This document shows, one piece after another, positions 31,100 through 40,697 of a DNA stretch of 64,000 nucleotides; position 1 is the first letter of the stretch, and each line of letters opens with the position of its first letter. The DNA is from an uncultured delta proteobacterium (lineage in GTDB: Bacteria; Myxococcota_A; Polyangia; Polyangiales; Polyangiaceae). The translations under genes and the position numbers were made by a program. The stretch lies in NCBI GenBank assembly GCA_963696385.1, contig CAVOKF010000007.1, positions 1,088,001 to 1,152,000 of the forward strand. The letters run 5' to 3'. The notes beneath the pieces are model-generated. The model made no database searches. It saw only the letters and a program-made list of their open reading frames with translations, and was not told where the DNA came from.

Positions 31100-32631
31100 C
31101 GACGCAGACCGAGCTTCAAGAGGATCCGCAGACGATCCGGGCCCGCAATCGGATCGGCGTCGTCATCCACGACAAGTGGAAGCTCGATTCGTTGTTGGGC
31201 GTCGGCGGGATGGCGGCGGTGTACGCCGCGACGCATCGGAACGGAAAGCGCGTTGCCGTGAAGATGCTGCACGCCGAGTTCAGTCACGAGGACGAAGTGC
31301 GGACGCGCTTTCTGCGCGAGGGATACGCAGCCAACACCATCCAGCACGCGGGAGCCGTGAGCGTTCTCGATGACGATCTCGCGCCCGACGGATCGGCGTT
31401 CCTGGTGATGGAGCTGCTCGAGGGTGAGACGGTCGAGCGGCGATGGGAGAGAAGCGAGCATCGAATGGCGACCACCGATGTGCTGTTCGTCGCGGACCAG
31501 CTGCTCGACGTGCTCGCCGCAGCCCACGACAAGAACGTGGTGCATCGCGACATCAAACCGGAGAACCTGTTCATCACGCAAAGCGGGGTGCTCAAGGTCC
31601 TCGATTTCGGAATCGCGAAGGTGTTCGAGAGGCCGCACCCCCGGGCCACGGCGACCCGGGCGGGAATGATCATGGGAACCCCTGCCTTCATGGCGCCCGA
31701 ACAAGCGCGCGGGCGATGGGACGAGGTGGATCGTCGCACCGATCTCTGGGCCGTAGGCGCCACGATGTTCACGTTGCTCGCCGGACGGCACGTCCATGTC
31801 GCGGATTCGAGCCAAGAGCAGCTGATTTTGAGTGCGACGCAGCCGGCTCCGACGCTCGCGTCGGTCGTCGCCGACGTTCCAGACGACGTCTTGGCGATCG
31901 TCGATCGCGCTTTGGCGTTCGATCGGGCCAACCGGTGGCCGAGCGCGAGGGCGATGCAAACCGCCGTGCAACAAGCACTCCGCGCCGCCGGCGTGCCGGC
32001 GCAGCTGCCCTCACCGATCGGTGCGCTCGGCGGACCGCCCGCGCAGCGATCGATGGTTAGGTCCGACCGAGGCGCGGCCGTTGCGAGCTTCACCGCACCC
32101 GCCGACTCGCGCTGGGCGACCGAGCAGAGGGCGCGATCGGCCTCGACCTCGAAGCTTCGGGTGACCGTCGCGGACCTGGTGCAACGATACGCCTTGGCAA
32201 AAAAACGAGCCGCAGAGGCCCAGTCGGACGAGGAGACGGCGAAAGCCCAGCGAAAGTCCCTCGACCAATGGTTGGGTCGTCGCGTCGGAACCCGAACCGC
32301 CGCGGTCGAGGAGGCGCGAAGCGAAGTGCGCCGCCAGAGGGTCGCCGTCGCGCGGCGCGCCGTCGTGGATCGCGAAGCGTTCGGGGTCGCCTTCGATGCC
32401 CAACGCGATCGACTGGCGACGCTGGAACTGGCGGCTCAGTCCGCACTGCGTGACGTCATGGTGCACCAGGCCGCACTGGAAGTCCCCGACCGACGGGCGT
32501 TACGTTCCGGGATCACGGTATGGGTGCTCGCGGCGCTTCTGGGTCTCTTGCTTGTCGCGGCGCCGATCGTGTGGCGGGCAACTCGGGTCGTCGATGCACC
32601 CCCACCCAAGACGACCGAACCCCATCGGTGA
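31096..32631 (+). CDS. Ser/Thr protein kinase with coiled coil and C-terminal TM
   Basis: LGVGGMAAVY, VAVK, HRDIKPEN, DFG, GTPAFMAPE. Confidence 0.92.
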   Translation: MTTQTELQEDPQTIRARNRIGVVIHDKWKLDSLLGVGGMAAVYAATHRNGKRVAVKMLHAEFSHEDEVRTRFLREGYAANTIQHAGAVSVLDDDLAPDGSAFLVMELLEGETVERRWERSEHRMATTDVLFVADQLLDVLAAAHDKNVVHRDIKPENLFITQSGVLKVLDFGIAKVFERPHPRATATRAGMIMGTPAFMAPEQARGRWDEVDRRTDLWAVGATMFTLLAGRHVHVADSSQEQLILSATQPAPTLASVVADVPDDVLAIVDRALAFDRANRWPSARAMQTAVQQALRAAGVPAQLPSPIGALGGPPAQRSMVRSDRGAAVASFTAPADSRWATEQRARSASTSKLRVTVADLVQRYALAKKRAAEAQSDEETAKAQRKSLDQWLGRRVGTRTAAVEEARSEVRRQRVAVARRAVVDREAFGVAFDAQRDRLATLELAAQSALRDVMVHQAALEVPDRRALRSGITVWVLAALLGLLLVAAPIVWRATRVVDAPPPKTTEPHR

Positions 32632-32661
32632 CGGCTGCTGGCTCCGGCCGCTCCACCTGGC

Positions 32662-33720
32662 TCAGCTTGCCAATGCCTCTGCGGCGGTAACGTCGTCGAT
32701 GGCCCCCTGGCCGTGCAAAGCGGCGACCGCCATCTGGAACGTCTGCATTCCATAGGGATGCGTGCCCTTCTCCATGAGGCTCTTCAGCGAGGGGTTGTTC
32801 TCGGGTCTGCGAATGCTTTCGCGCACCGATTGGGACGCGACGATCACCTCGGCGGCCAGGACCACTCCGTCTCCGTCCGCGCGACGCAGCAGGCGCTGAG
32901 CGATGATCCCGCGGAGGCAACTCGCGATACGGAAGCGGCTTTCCAAGGGGTCACCGTGCATGAGGGCCAGCATCCGGCTGATGGTTCGAGCAGCATCACT
33001 CGTGTGGAGCGTCGCCAGGACGAGATGGCCGGTCTCCGCGGCGCGCAGTGCGATCTCCATCGTCTCGTCATCGCGGATCTCGCCAACGAAAACGACGTCG
33101 GGATCCTGGCGGAGCGCCGCGCGCAGCGCCGCCGCAAAACTGGAAGTGTCGAGGCCGACTTCGCGCTGACTGATGCTCGACAACCGGTCACGGTGAAGAA
33201 ATTCGATGGGGTCCTCGATGGTGACGATGTGGAGCGCACGGGTGGCGTTGAGGTGCCCGATCATGGCCGCGATCGATGTACTCTTGCCGTTGCCGGCCGC
33301 TCCCACCACGAGAACCATGCCGTTGTCCTTCTCGGCAAGCTCATAGGCCACCGGAATCGGAAGGCCCAACGCTTCGACAGAGGGAATCTCGACGGGAATG
33401 ATGCGCATCACCACAGCCAGACTTCCGCGCTGTCGATAGACGTTGACGCGAAAACGGCCGATGCCGTCGGCGAAGTACGAAGTGTCGTACTCTTTGAGAT
33501 CGTCCAAGCGGGCGAGCACCTCCGGCTTCGAGATGACCCACTTCGCCACGGCCAACGTGTCGTTTGGGGTGATCTTGTCCGTTCGGAAGTAGATCATGTC
33601 GCCGCGAATGCGTGCGCCGGGGGGCTGGCCCACTTTGATGTGCACGTCGCGGGCCTTGCCCTGAATGGCTTTCGAGAGCAGCGCGCGAAAGAAATTTTCG
33701 TCGGCGTACGCGCTCATCAC
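32662..33720 (-). CDS. PilT/PilU-family type IV pilus ATPase
   Basis: GRFRVNVYRQRG, GAAGNGKST, TIEDPIEF, LRQDPDV..GEIRD, AETGHLVLATLHT, GMQTF. Confidence 0.9.
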   Translation of the reverse strand: MMSAYADENFFRALLSKAIQGKARDVHIKVGQPPGARIRGDMIYFRTDKITPNDTLAVAKWVISKPEVLARLDDLKEYDTSYFADGIGRFRVNVYRQRGSLAVVMRIIPVEIPSVEALGLPIPVAYELAEKDNGMVLVVGAAGNGKSTSIAAMIGHLNATRALHIVTIEDPIEFLHRDRLSSISQREVGLDTSSFAAALRAALRQDPDVVFVGEIRDDETMEIALRAAETGHLVLATLHTSDAARTISRMLALMHGDPLESRFRIASCLRGIIAQRLLRRADGDGVVLAAEVIVASQSVRESIRRPENNPSLKSLMEKGTHPYGMQTFQMAVAALHGQGAIDDVTAAEALAS

Positions 33721-33807
33721 GACATCATGTTAACATGGCGCCCATGGGTGCGTGGCCATCGCCCATGCTGCCGACACGTCCAGCGTGTGCACTGAGACCG
33801 TGTTCAC

Positions 33808-34347
33808 TCAGATCGAAGCGTCGCTCGTTCCATCGAGAATGCCCACGTACGGCAGGTTCCTGTAACGCTCGTCAAAGTCGAGCCCGTAGCCGACCAAGAA
33901 CCGGTCTTCGACCGTGAATCCCAAATAGTCGATCTGTGAGGCGACGCGGGCCCGCGCCGGCTTGTGGAGAAGTGCGCAGACCCGAACGCTCGCCGGGCCG
34001 CGGGTGGACAACAACCTCATCAGATGTCCGATCGTCAGTCCCGTGTCGATGATGTCCTCGACGAGAAGGACGTCGCTTTGTTCGATCGGCTGAGACAAAT
34101 CTTGCGTGATTTGTACGACACCGCTCGTCTCCGTACCCTGCCCGTAGGAACGCACGCCGAGAAAATCGATGTGCAGCGGCAAATCGATGGCACGGGCCAG
34201 GTCGGCGGCGAACACGAAGCTGCCCTTGAGCACGCAAACCAGAACCAGATTTCGGCCGGCGTAGTCCCGGGTGATCTCGGCCCCCAGTTCGCGGACGCGC
34301 TGGCCAATCCGATCGGCCGAGATGAGCGGCTGTACGCGATCGGGCAT
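33808..34347 (-). CDS. hpt: Hypoxanthine phosphoribosyltransferase
   Basis: VLKGSFVFAADL, VLLVEDIIDTGLT, VGYGLDFDERYRNLPY. Confidence 0.95.
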   Translation of the reverse strand: MPDRVQPLISADRIGQRVRELGAEITRDYAGRNLVLVCVLKGSFVFAADLARAIDLPLHIDFLGVRSYGQGTETSGVVQITQDLSQPIEQSDVLLVEDIIDTGLTIGHLMRLLSTRGPASVRVCALLHKPARARVASQIDYLGFTVEDRFLVGYGLDFDERYRNLPYVGILDGTSDASI

Positions 34348-34627
34348 GCCCAGGTCATCGTTTAAGGAGGTCGGGGTCGCGCGTCAATGCGGAGGCTGTC
34401 TCGACCCCGTCCGTCCTAGCCATAGATTAGCCATCGCGGAGAGCCCCGAACCGTTGGCTCCCATCGGCTTTTTGCGACTTTCCCGCCGCTCGCGGTGTTG
34501 CTCCTCCTCACGATGCTGCGGCATTCCTCGTGGGCGCCCCCTGTGAGAGGCCAAAGCCTTGAAATCCTCGGCCCGCCGACGTCGTCGGCGCTCTAGTGTT
34601 CCTGCGCGAACGAATTATATTGCCGCG

Positions 34628-35245
34628 ATGCAGGGAGAATCGAGAGGGACAGATGGCCGAAACGGCCAGGGCTCCGACGCGGGGGCTGCCGAATCGGCGG
34701 AGGTTACGAGCGCCGACGAGGCGGCGACTTCGTCCCGCGCGCCGGACGATGCCTTGGCTCAAGCTCTGGCCGAAGCGGCGCGATTGAAAGAGGTATGGAT
34801 CCGTACCGCGGCGGACTTCGATAACTTCCGGAAGCGAACGCGTCGCGAGATCGACGACGCGCGCCGCTCGGGGCGCGAAGATCTCGTTCGATCGCTTCTT
34901 CCGGTCTTCGACAACCTGGAGCGAGCGCTTCAGAGCGCTCAACGCTCGACGGACGTGAAAGCGATGGCCGATGGCCTATCGATGGTGCAACGCCAGTTCG
35001 TCGATGCGCTCGGGCGCGACGGAATCGCACGTGTTCCGACAGTAGGGCACTCTTTTGACCCGACCATTCACGAAGCCATTCAACAGGTGGAGACGGAAGC
35101 TCACGCGCCCGGTACGATCCTCGCCGAGGTTCAGCCAGGGTACAAGGTCGGGGAGAAGCTGCTGCGGGCCGCGATGGTCGTCGTCGCAAGAGCGAAGGCA
35201 AGCGAGGAAGGCGATGTCGATAGGGCAGGCGAACCGCGGCATTGA
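34628..35245 (+). CDS. grpE: Nucleotide exchange factor GrpE
   Basis: ADFDNFRKR, LLPVFDNLERAL, FDPTIHEAI, GY...LLRAAMVVV. Confidence 0.95.
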   Translation: MQGESRGTDGRNGQGSDAGAAESAEVTSADEAATSSRAPDDALAQALAEAARLKEVWIRTAADFDNFRKRTRREIDDARRSGREDLVRSLLPVFDNLERALQSAQRSTDVKAMADGLSMVQRQFVDALGRDGIARVPTVGHSFDPTIHEAIQQVETEAHAPGTILAEVQPGYKVGEKLLRAAMVVVARAKASEEGDVDRAGEPRH

Positions 35246-35298
35246 GCGCCCCATCGCACGGAGCGCTAAGGGGGTCGCGTTGAGCGCCGAGAGGATGA

Positions 35299-37152
35299 AT
35301 GGGCCGCATTATCGGGATTGACCTCGGAACGACGAACTCGTGCGTCGCGGTCGCTGAGACTTCTGCCAACGGAAAGCTCGAAGTCCGAATTATCCCGAAC
35401 GCGGACGGCGCGCGGACGACTCCTTCGATTGTCGCCTTCGCGGCGACCGGCGAACGCCTCGTCGGTCAGCCCGCCAAGCGGCAGGCCGTCACCAACCCGG
35501 CGAATACGGTTTATTCCGTCAAGCGCTTGATGGGACAGAAATTCGCGCACCCGGAAGTGACGCGTCAAGGCGGAATCGTCCCCTACAAGATTGTCGAGGC
35601 TCCGAACGGCGATGCGTGGGTGCAGGTCGCCGCCCGCGGCATGTCGCCCCCGGAGATCAGCGCAATCGTTCTCGCGGCGATGCGGGAGGTCGCCGAGGCG
35701 TTCCTGGGTGAGAAGGTGACCGAAGCCGTCGTGACCGTCCCTGCGTACTTCGACGATGCGCAGCGCCAGGCAACCAAGGATGCCGGCAGGATTGCGGGGC
35801 TGGATGTCAAGAGAATACTGAACGAGCCGACCGCCGCGGCGCTGGCGTATGGACTGGACAAGAAGGATTCGGAACGCGTCGCGGTGTACGACCTCGGCGG
35901 CGGCACGTTCGACATCTCGATTCTCGAAATTCGAAATGGCGTCTTCAGCGTCAAAGCAACGAATGGCGACACTCATCTCGGAGGCGAGGACTTCGATCGG
36001 CGCATCATCGACAGCGTCGCGGACATCTTCGAGAAAGAGCATCACGTCGACTTGCGCAAGGACAACGTAGCGCTCCAGCGACTCAAGGAAGCTGCGGAAC
36101 GGGCAAAGCACGAACTGTCGTCGTCTCTCGAGACGGAAATCAATCTGCCGTTTATCGCGCAAAGCGCCGCAGGAGAGCCCCTGCACATCGTCCGACCGAT
36201 GACCCGGACGGAGCTCGAGCTGCTCACGCTCGACCTGGTCGAGCGCACGCTGGAGCCTTGCGAAAAGGCGTTGATCGACGCAAAGCTTACCCCCTCCGAC
36301 ATCCACACCGTCATTCTCGTCGGCGGAATGACGCGAATGCCCGCCGTTCAGAAGACGGTGAAGCGATTCTTCGGCAAGGACCCGAACAAGGGTGTGAACC
36401 CGGACGAGGTGGTTGCCGCAGGAGCGGCACTTCAGGGCGCCGCACTCATCGACGACAAGGTCGAAGTCCTGCTCCTCGACGTGACGCCTCTCTCGTTGGG
36501 CGTCGAGACGGGCGGTGGCGTTTTCACGCCGCTCATCGCGCGAAATACCACCGTGCCGACCGAGAAGAGCGAGATTTTCACGACCAGCGTCGACAATCAG
36601 CCGTTCGTGCCGGTGCACATCCTGCAGGGCGAGCGAAAAATGGCGGCCGACAATCGGAGCCTCGCGCGCTTCGAGCTCGCGGGCATTCCGCCGGCCCCTC
36701 GCGGTGTTCCGAAAATCCAGGTCGCTTTTCGGATCGACGCGGACGGGATGGTCAACGTCGAAGCCAAAGATCTCGGCACCGGTAAGGCACAATCGGTCCG
36801 CGTCAAGCCGACCAGCGGGCTTTCGCCGGAGCAAGTCGAGCAGCTCGTGAGCGACGCCGCCAAGTTTCGGTTTGCCGACGAACTGCGCCGCGAGCTGGCC
36901 GAGCTTCGGAATCAGGCTGAAACTCTGCTCTATACGACCGAGGCCGCGCTCGATGGCTATGCGAACCTGGTCGATGGGGCGATGCTGGACGACACCCGGG
37001 CATTCGCACGCGAATTGCGCGGATTGCTGGAGGGCCGCGCGGAACTGGCGCAGATCCGCGACGCGTACCAGAAACTCGAAACTCAGACATTCGCCATCGC
37101 GGAAAAAATGTACGGGGACGCGGGCGAAGGCGCGCCTCCCGCCACGACCTGA
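35299..37152 (+). CDS. dnaK: Hsp70 chaperone DnaK (short C-terminal tail)
   Basis: [31 protein letters not shown], linker [12 protein letters not shown]. Confidence 0.95.
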   Translation: MGRIIGIDLGTTNSCVAVAETSANGKLEVRIIPNADGARTTPSIVAFAATGERLVGQPAKRQAVTNPANTVYSVKRLMGQKFAHPEVTRQGGIVPYKIVEAPNGDAWVQVAARGMSPPEISAIVLAAMREVAEAFLGEKVTEAVVTVPAYFDDAQRQATKDAGRIAGLDVKRILNEPTAAALAYGLDKKDSERVAVYDLGGGTFDISILEIRNGVFSVKATNGDTHLGGEDFDRRIIDSVADIFEKEHHVDLRKDNVALQRLKEAAERAKHELSSSLETEINLPFIAQSAAGEPLHIVRPMTRTELELLTLDLVERTLEPCEKALIDAKLTPSDIHTVILVGGMTRMPAVQKTVKRFFGKDPNKGVNPDEVVAAGAALQGAALIDDKVEVLLLDVTPLSLGVETGGGVFTPLIARNTTVPTEKSEIFTTSVDNQPFVPVHILQGERKMAADNRSLARFELAGIPPAPRGVPKIQVAFRIDADGMVNVEAKDLGTGKAQSVRVKPTSGLSPEQVEQLVSDAAKFRFADELRRELAELRNQAETLLYTTEAALDGYANLVDGAMLDDTRAFARELRGLLEGRAELAQIRDAYQKLETQTFAIAEKMYGDAGEGAPPATT

Positions 37153-37223
37153 GCCGGCGCCCCGGGGCCACCCGGGGCTCCCGCCCAATCCCGCTCTCGT
37201 CCGCGCCTAGCGAAAAAAAAACG

Positions 37224-37532
37224 CTATTGAATCAGGTCCTTGAGTGCCTTCAGCGCAGTCGCGCGGACCTTCTTCTGAGCGGGCTTACCCTTGATTACAA
37301 TCGGCTGTTTCGTGAAAGGATTGATTCCCGGGCGATCCTTGGTTGCGGGCTTCTTGATTGCGCGCAGCTTCAGTAGACCCGGGATCACGAACTCGCCGTT
37401 CGGCTTGCGCAGTTCTTTCTTGATCAACTCGGTCAGACCATCAAAAACGCGACCGACACTTTTCTTATCGAGCTCGGAATAATCCGCGATCTCGGTAAGC
37501 ACCTGCGCCTTCGTCAAACGCTTTGCAGACAT
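37224..37532 (-). CDS. HU-family DNA-binding protein
   Basis: MSAKRLTKAQVL...IPGLLKL...GINPFTKQPIVIKGKPA; ATG preceded by AGGAGG. Confidence 0.9.
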   Translation of the reverse strand: MSAKRLTKAQVLTEIADYSELDKKSVGRVFDGLTELIKKELRKPNGEFVIPGLLKLRAIKKPATKDRPGINPFTKQPIVIKGKPAQKKVRATALKALKDLIQ

Positions 37533-37788
37533 GGGCCTTCCTCCTACGACTCGCTTCCAATTCAACGTCATCCGAACCGACGATCGGCATTCGGCGATTC
37601 GCCGAATGCGCGTCGGGTGCATGAGAACGCGCCCCGCGGCGGTTTCAGTGCGAAGACGACTAGCACCGTGATTTCTCGCTCCGCAAGGGAAAAACAGCCG
37701 GTTTCCTGATTTCCGGAGACGAACATCGGCCACTCTACCGGGTCGGCGCGCCGATCCTATGGCGCAGAACACGGGAAAGTCCCTGTCG

Positions 37789-38346
37789 TTACCGCATCGT
37801 GCGCGACGTTTTGCGCACGATTGAATCGGCATTGATCGCGGCCCTAATCCTCTTTTTGGCGCCCTTCGAGGGCGCTCGCAGACCGCGCGGAGCGCGCGCT
37901 GCTGCTGCTGCCTCGTCGGCGGCGGCGCAAAGTCGGGCCGTTTCCCGGCGCATGCGCCGCCCGTCCGCCGGCTTCTGATGATCCCAGCCGAGCAGATGCA
38001 GCAGCCCATGAGCGAGCAGCATCGTCAGTTCGGCAACGAGGTTGCGGCCGCGTGCGACCGCCTGGCGGCGCGCGGTAGGTATACTCACGACGACGTCGCC
38101 CAACAGGCGTGCGTGGGCCCCCGCGATTCGGCCTTCGATCTGGGAGAATGCGAGAACGTCCGTGGGCCGATTCTTCTTTCGATAGATTCGGTTCAGATCC
38201 TTGATTTGATTGTCGTCCGTCAGGACAACGGATAGCTCGGCCCGCGGCATCTGAACCGCACCGAGCATGGCACGTGCGCGTCGGGCGAGGTCGGCGGGTG
38301 ACAAGCCGGCGTAGGGGCCCCCTTCGACGATCAAGCGCACGGGCAC
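37789..38346 (-). CDS. ybeY: rRNA maturation endoribonuclease YbeY
   Basis: LNRIYRKKNRPTDVLAF, LGDVVVS, HGLLHLLGWDH; start approximate. Confidence 0.92.
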   Translation of the reverse strand: MPVRLIVEGGPYAGLSPADLARRARAMLGAVQMPRAELSVVLTDDNQIKDLNRIYRKKNRPTDVLAFSQIEGRIAGAHARLLGDVVVSIPTARRQAVARGRNLVAELTMLLAHGLLHLLGWDHQKPADGRRMRRETARLCAAADEAAAAARAPRGLRAPSKGAKKRIRAAINADSIVRKTSRTMR

Positions 38347-38392
38347 GAGGAGCGCCGTTACGCCTGCACGCCCCGGGTGTAAAGGAGAAGAC

Positions 38393-39112
38393 GTGGTCGG
38401 GGCGTGCATCATCGTGCCAGCGTTCGAGGCTTCCGCGACGATCGGTGGGGTCGTCGGCGACTTGCGCCGCAAGATGGACGTACCGTTCATCGTCGTCGAC
38501 GATGGTTCGACCGATGCGACCGGCGAAGTCGCGGCGTGCTCCGGCGCGCTCGTCGTCCGACACGAGCAGAACCTCGGCAAAGGAGCGGCTCTGCGCACGG
38601 GTCTTCGGGAAGCTGCGCGGCGGGGCTTACGCGTCGCCGTCACCGTCGACGCCGATGGGCAGCACCCCTCGCATTCCGCCGAGGTCGTGCTGGGCGCCCC
38701 AGAAGATCCCCGTACCCTGGTCCTCGGCGTTCGCGACCTCGTGCGCGACGGTGCCCCGACGAGTAACCAATTCGGCAACCGGGTGTCGAACGTCTTTCTG
38801 TCGTGCTTCGCCGGACGCCGACTGCGCGACACGCAGTGCGGACTGCGCCGCTACCCCGTCCGAGAGACGCTGGCGCTCGGCTCGCGGGCCAACGGCTATG
38901 CCTTCGAAGCGGAGGTCATCCTGCGCGCAATCGCCGGGGGCCTGCCCATCGCGCAAGTGCCGGTCGAGGTCGTCTACCCGCCCGTCGGCGCTGGACACAG
39001 TCACTTCCGCCGGATGGTCGACCCCACGAGGATCGTCTTGCGGATCGCATCGACGGTCGTCGAGCTCGGGCTGCGGCGCTCGTGGCTTGCCCTGGCCGCC
39101 CGAGGACGATGA
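38393..39112 (+). CDS. Glycosyltransferase family 2 (DPM-synthase-like)
   Basis: IVPAF, VVDDGSTD, NLGKGAAL, DADGQH, DTQCGLR. Confidence 0.9.
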   Translation: MVGACIIVPAFEASATIGGVVGDLRRKMDVPFIVVDDGSTDATGEVAACSGALVVRHEQNLGKGAALRTGLREAARRGLRVAVTVDADGQHPSHSAEVVLGAPEDPRTLVLGVRDLVRDGAPTSNQFGNRVSNVFLSCFAGRRLRDTQCGLRRYPVRETLALGSRANGYAFEAEVILRAIAGGLPIAQVPVEVVYPPVGAGHSHFRRMVDPTRIVLRIASTVVELGLRRSWLALAARGR

Positions 39113-39744
39113 CGTCGAACATCCCGCGACGAGCCTGCCTGCTGGCGTCGGGAGCTCTTCTGCTGTCGCGTCGGTCTCGAGCCGAACCGGTGGTCGACGC
39201 GGCGCTGGCTCGCATCGACAGCGCGCGGTCGACCGTGCGAACCATCCAAGGGCCCTTTACGCAAGTCCGGACGATTGGACTGCTCTTGGCCGATGTGCGC
39301 TCTCGCGGCACGTTGGCTCTCGTTCGTCCCGATCGACTGCGCTGGACGCTCGACCCGCCGGACGACGTCACATTCTGGATGGGCCCCGAGGGACTTGCGT
39401 ATCGCGGGCCGCACGGTCAGGGACGGCTTCCGGCCACGACCGCGCGAATCGCGGCGGCGCTCGACGACATGCGCGCTCTGCTCGGTGGCGATCTGTCGAG
39501 ACTGCGCGAACGATGGCTCCTGCGGGTTCTGAGAGACGACGCGGCCGGTGTCGAGCTCGAGGCCGTGGCGCGCGCGAGCGGGGACACCCAGCTACGCAGT
39601 ATGCGCTTCGCGTTGGCGGCCAATCGGGTGCGCCCGACGCGCGTTCTCTTCGTCGAAGGCACCCACGATCGAACGGCCATCGACTTCGGCGACTTGGTCG
39701 TGAACGCAGCGATTGACGACGCGTGGATGCGACCGCCCCCATGA
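39109..39744 (+). CDS. LolA-like outer-membrane lipoprotein carrier protein
   Basis: Signal peptide; GPFTQVR...SRGTLALVRPDRLRW LolA pattern; ATGA coupling to the GT2 gene. Confidence 0.72.
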   Translation: MTSNIPRRACLLASGALLLSRRSRAEPVVDAALARIDSARSTVRTIQGPFTQVRTIGLLLADVRSRGTLALVRPDRLRWTLDPPDDVTFWMGPEGLAYRGPHGQGRLPATTARIAAALDDMRALLGGDLSRLRERWLLRVLRDDAAGVELEAVARASGDTQLRSMRFALAANRVRPTRVLFVEGTHDRTAIDFGDLVVNAAIDDAWMRPPP

Positions 39745-39905
39745 CGTGAGGGCCGACGGGCCCGGATGCGTCGCTCCGCGAAGACGGGCTTGGACGGGCG
39801 GTCGCCCCCGGGGGCCCTTGCGTCCCCGCTGCGGCGCTGCGCGAGAAATCCCGATCCGACAGGCCCGCGTATCCGCGCCGCACGCGGCCGTTTATCATGA
39901 CCGCC

Positions 39906-40697
39906 ATGCCGGAAGACCCGACCAGGCAGCGATTGCTTCGGCTCTTGCGCCGAACCTCCCACGAGCGGCGCCCACGCTCCGAGCCGGCAACGCCCGACCA
40001 AAGCGCTATGTGGAGCGCGCACGAACGGGCGCTCGTGCGCGTGCGCGACGCCGGGGCAGCCTCCCAGCGAATCACGGCAACCGCAGGCCGTCAGCGCAGC
40101 GCGGTCGACGCGGCCGTAGAGCGAACGCGTGCGTTGGCGGCCCGAGTCGCCGAACTTCAGGCCGGAACCTCGCGTGCGCTCGACGCGTTCGAGCGGCTGA
40201 GCCTCGTGGCGCTCAATGCCGGACTCGAGGGTGCGCGTCTCGGGCAGTCGGACGGCAAGCCGCTCGCGCTCGTCGCCGACGACGTCCGCTCTCACGCGTC
40301 GCGCGGCGCCGACGCGGCACGCGATCTGGGCACCCATCTTGGACAGCTGACGTCGGAATTGGGTCAGCTGGAATCTCAAATGGCTCAAGCGCAGAGCGTT
40401 GTCGCCGAAGTGGCCCAAGACTCCGCGCGAGGCGCGGGCGCTGCGAGCGACGCCGAGGTCGCGCTCATCGACATGGGTGAGCGGGTCAAGAAGGCGACCG
40501 GCAGCGATCCGGAGATCGTGCGCGCCACAGCCGAGGTCGCCGATCGAGCAAGGGCGCTCGTTGCTTCGCTGTCGGCCTTGAACGGAAAGGTCCCCCATTC
40601 CTTGCTCGTCGGCGCGCTGCGCCCCGCCGTCGAAAGTCTGGCGCACTGGCTCGTCGGCGACGGAGATCCGACCGTCGACCGGAGCCGGGGAGTATGA
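39906..40697 (+). CDS. Soluble, divergent methyl-accepting chemotaxis signalling-domain protein
   Basis: LSLVALNAGLEGARLG...LALVADDVR resembles the MCP hairpin tip; no TM segment. Start 39897 or 39906. Confidence 0.7.
   Translation: MPEDPTRQRLLRLLRRTSHERRPRSEPATPDQSAMWSAHERALVRVRDAGAASQRITATAGRQRSAVDAAVERTRALAARVAELQAGTSRALDAFERLSLVALNAGLEGARLGQSDGKPLALVADDVRSHASRGADAARDLGTHLGQLTSELGQLESQMAQAQSVVAEVAQDSARGAGAASDAEVALIDMGERVKKATGSDPEIVRATAEVADRARALVASLSALNGKVPHSLLVGALRPAVESLAHWLVGDGDPTVDRSRGV

Noticed and set aside
34348..34627. CIRCE operator upstream of grpE
   Set aside because: No TTAGCACTC-N9-GAGTGCTAA match seen.
35266..37188. 640-aa ORF antisense to dnaK
   Set aside because: Long antisense ORFs opposite hsp70 genes are a known artefact of codon bias in GC-rich DNA.
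37208..37226. TAGCG-A9-CGCTA between dnaK and HU as an intrinsic terminator
   Set aside because: The poly-A/T run lies inside a 5-bp stem rather than after a hairpin, so it does not fit a canonical terminator; left uncalled.
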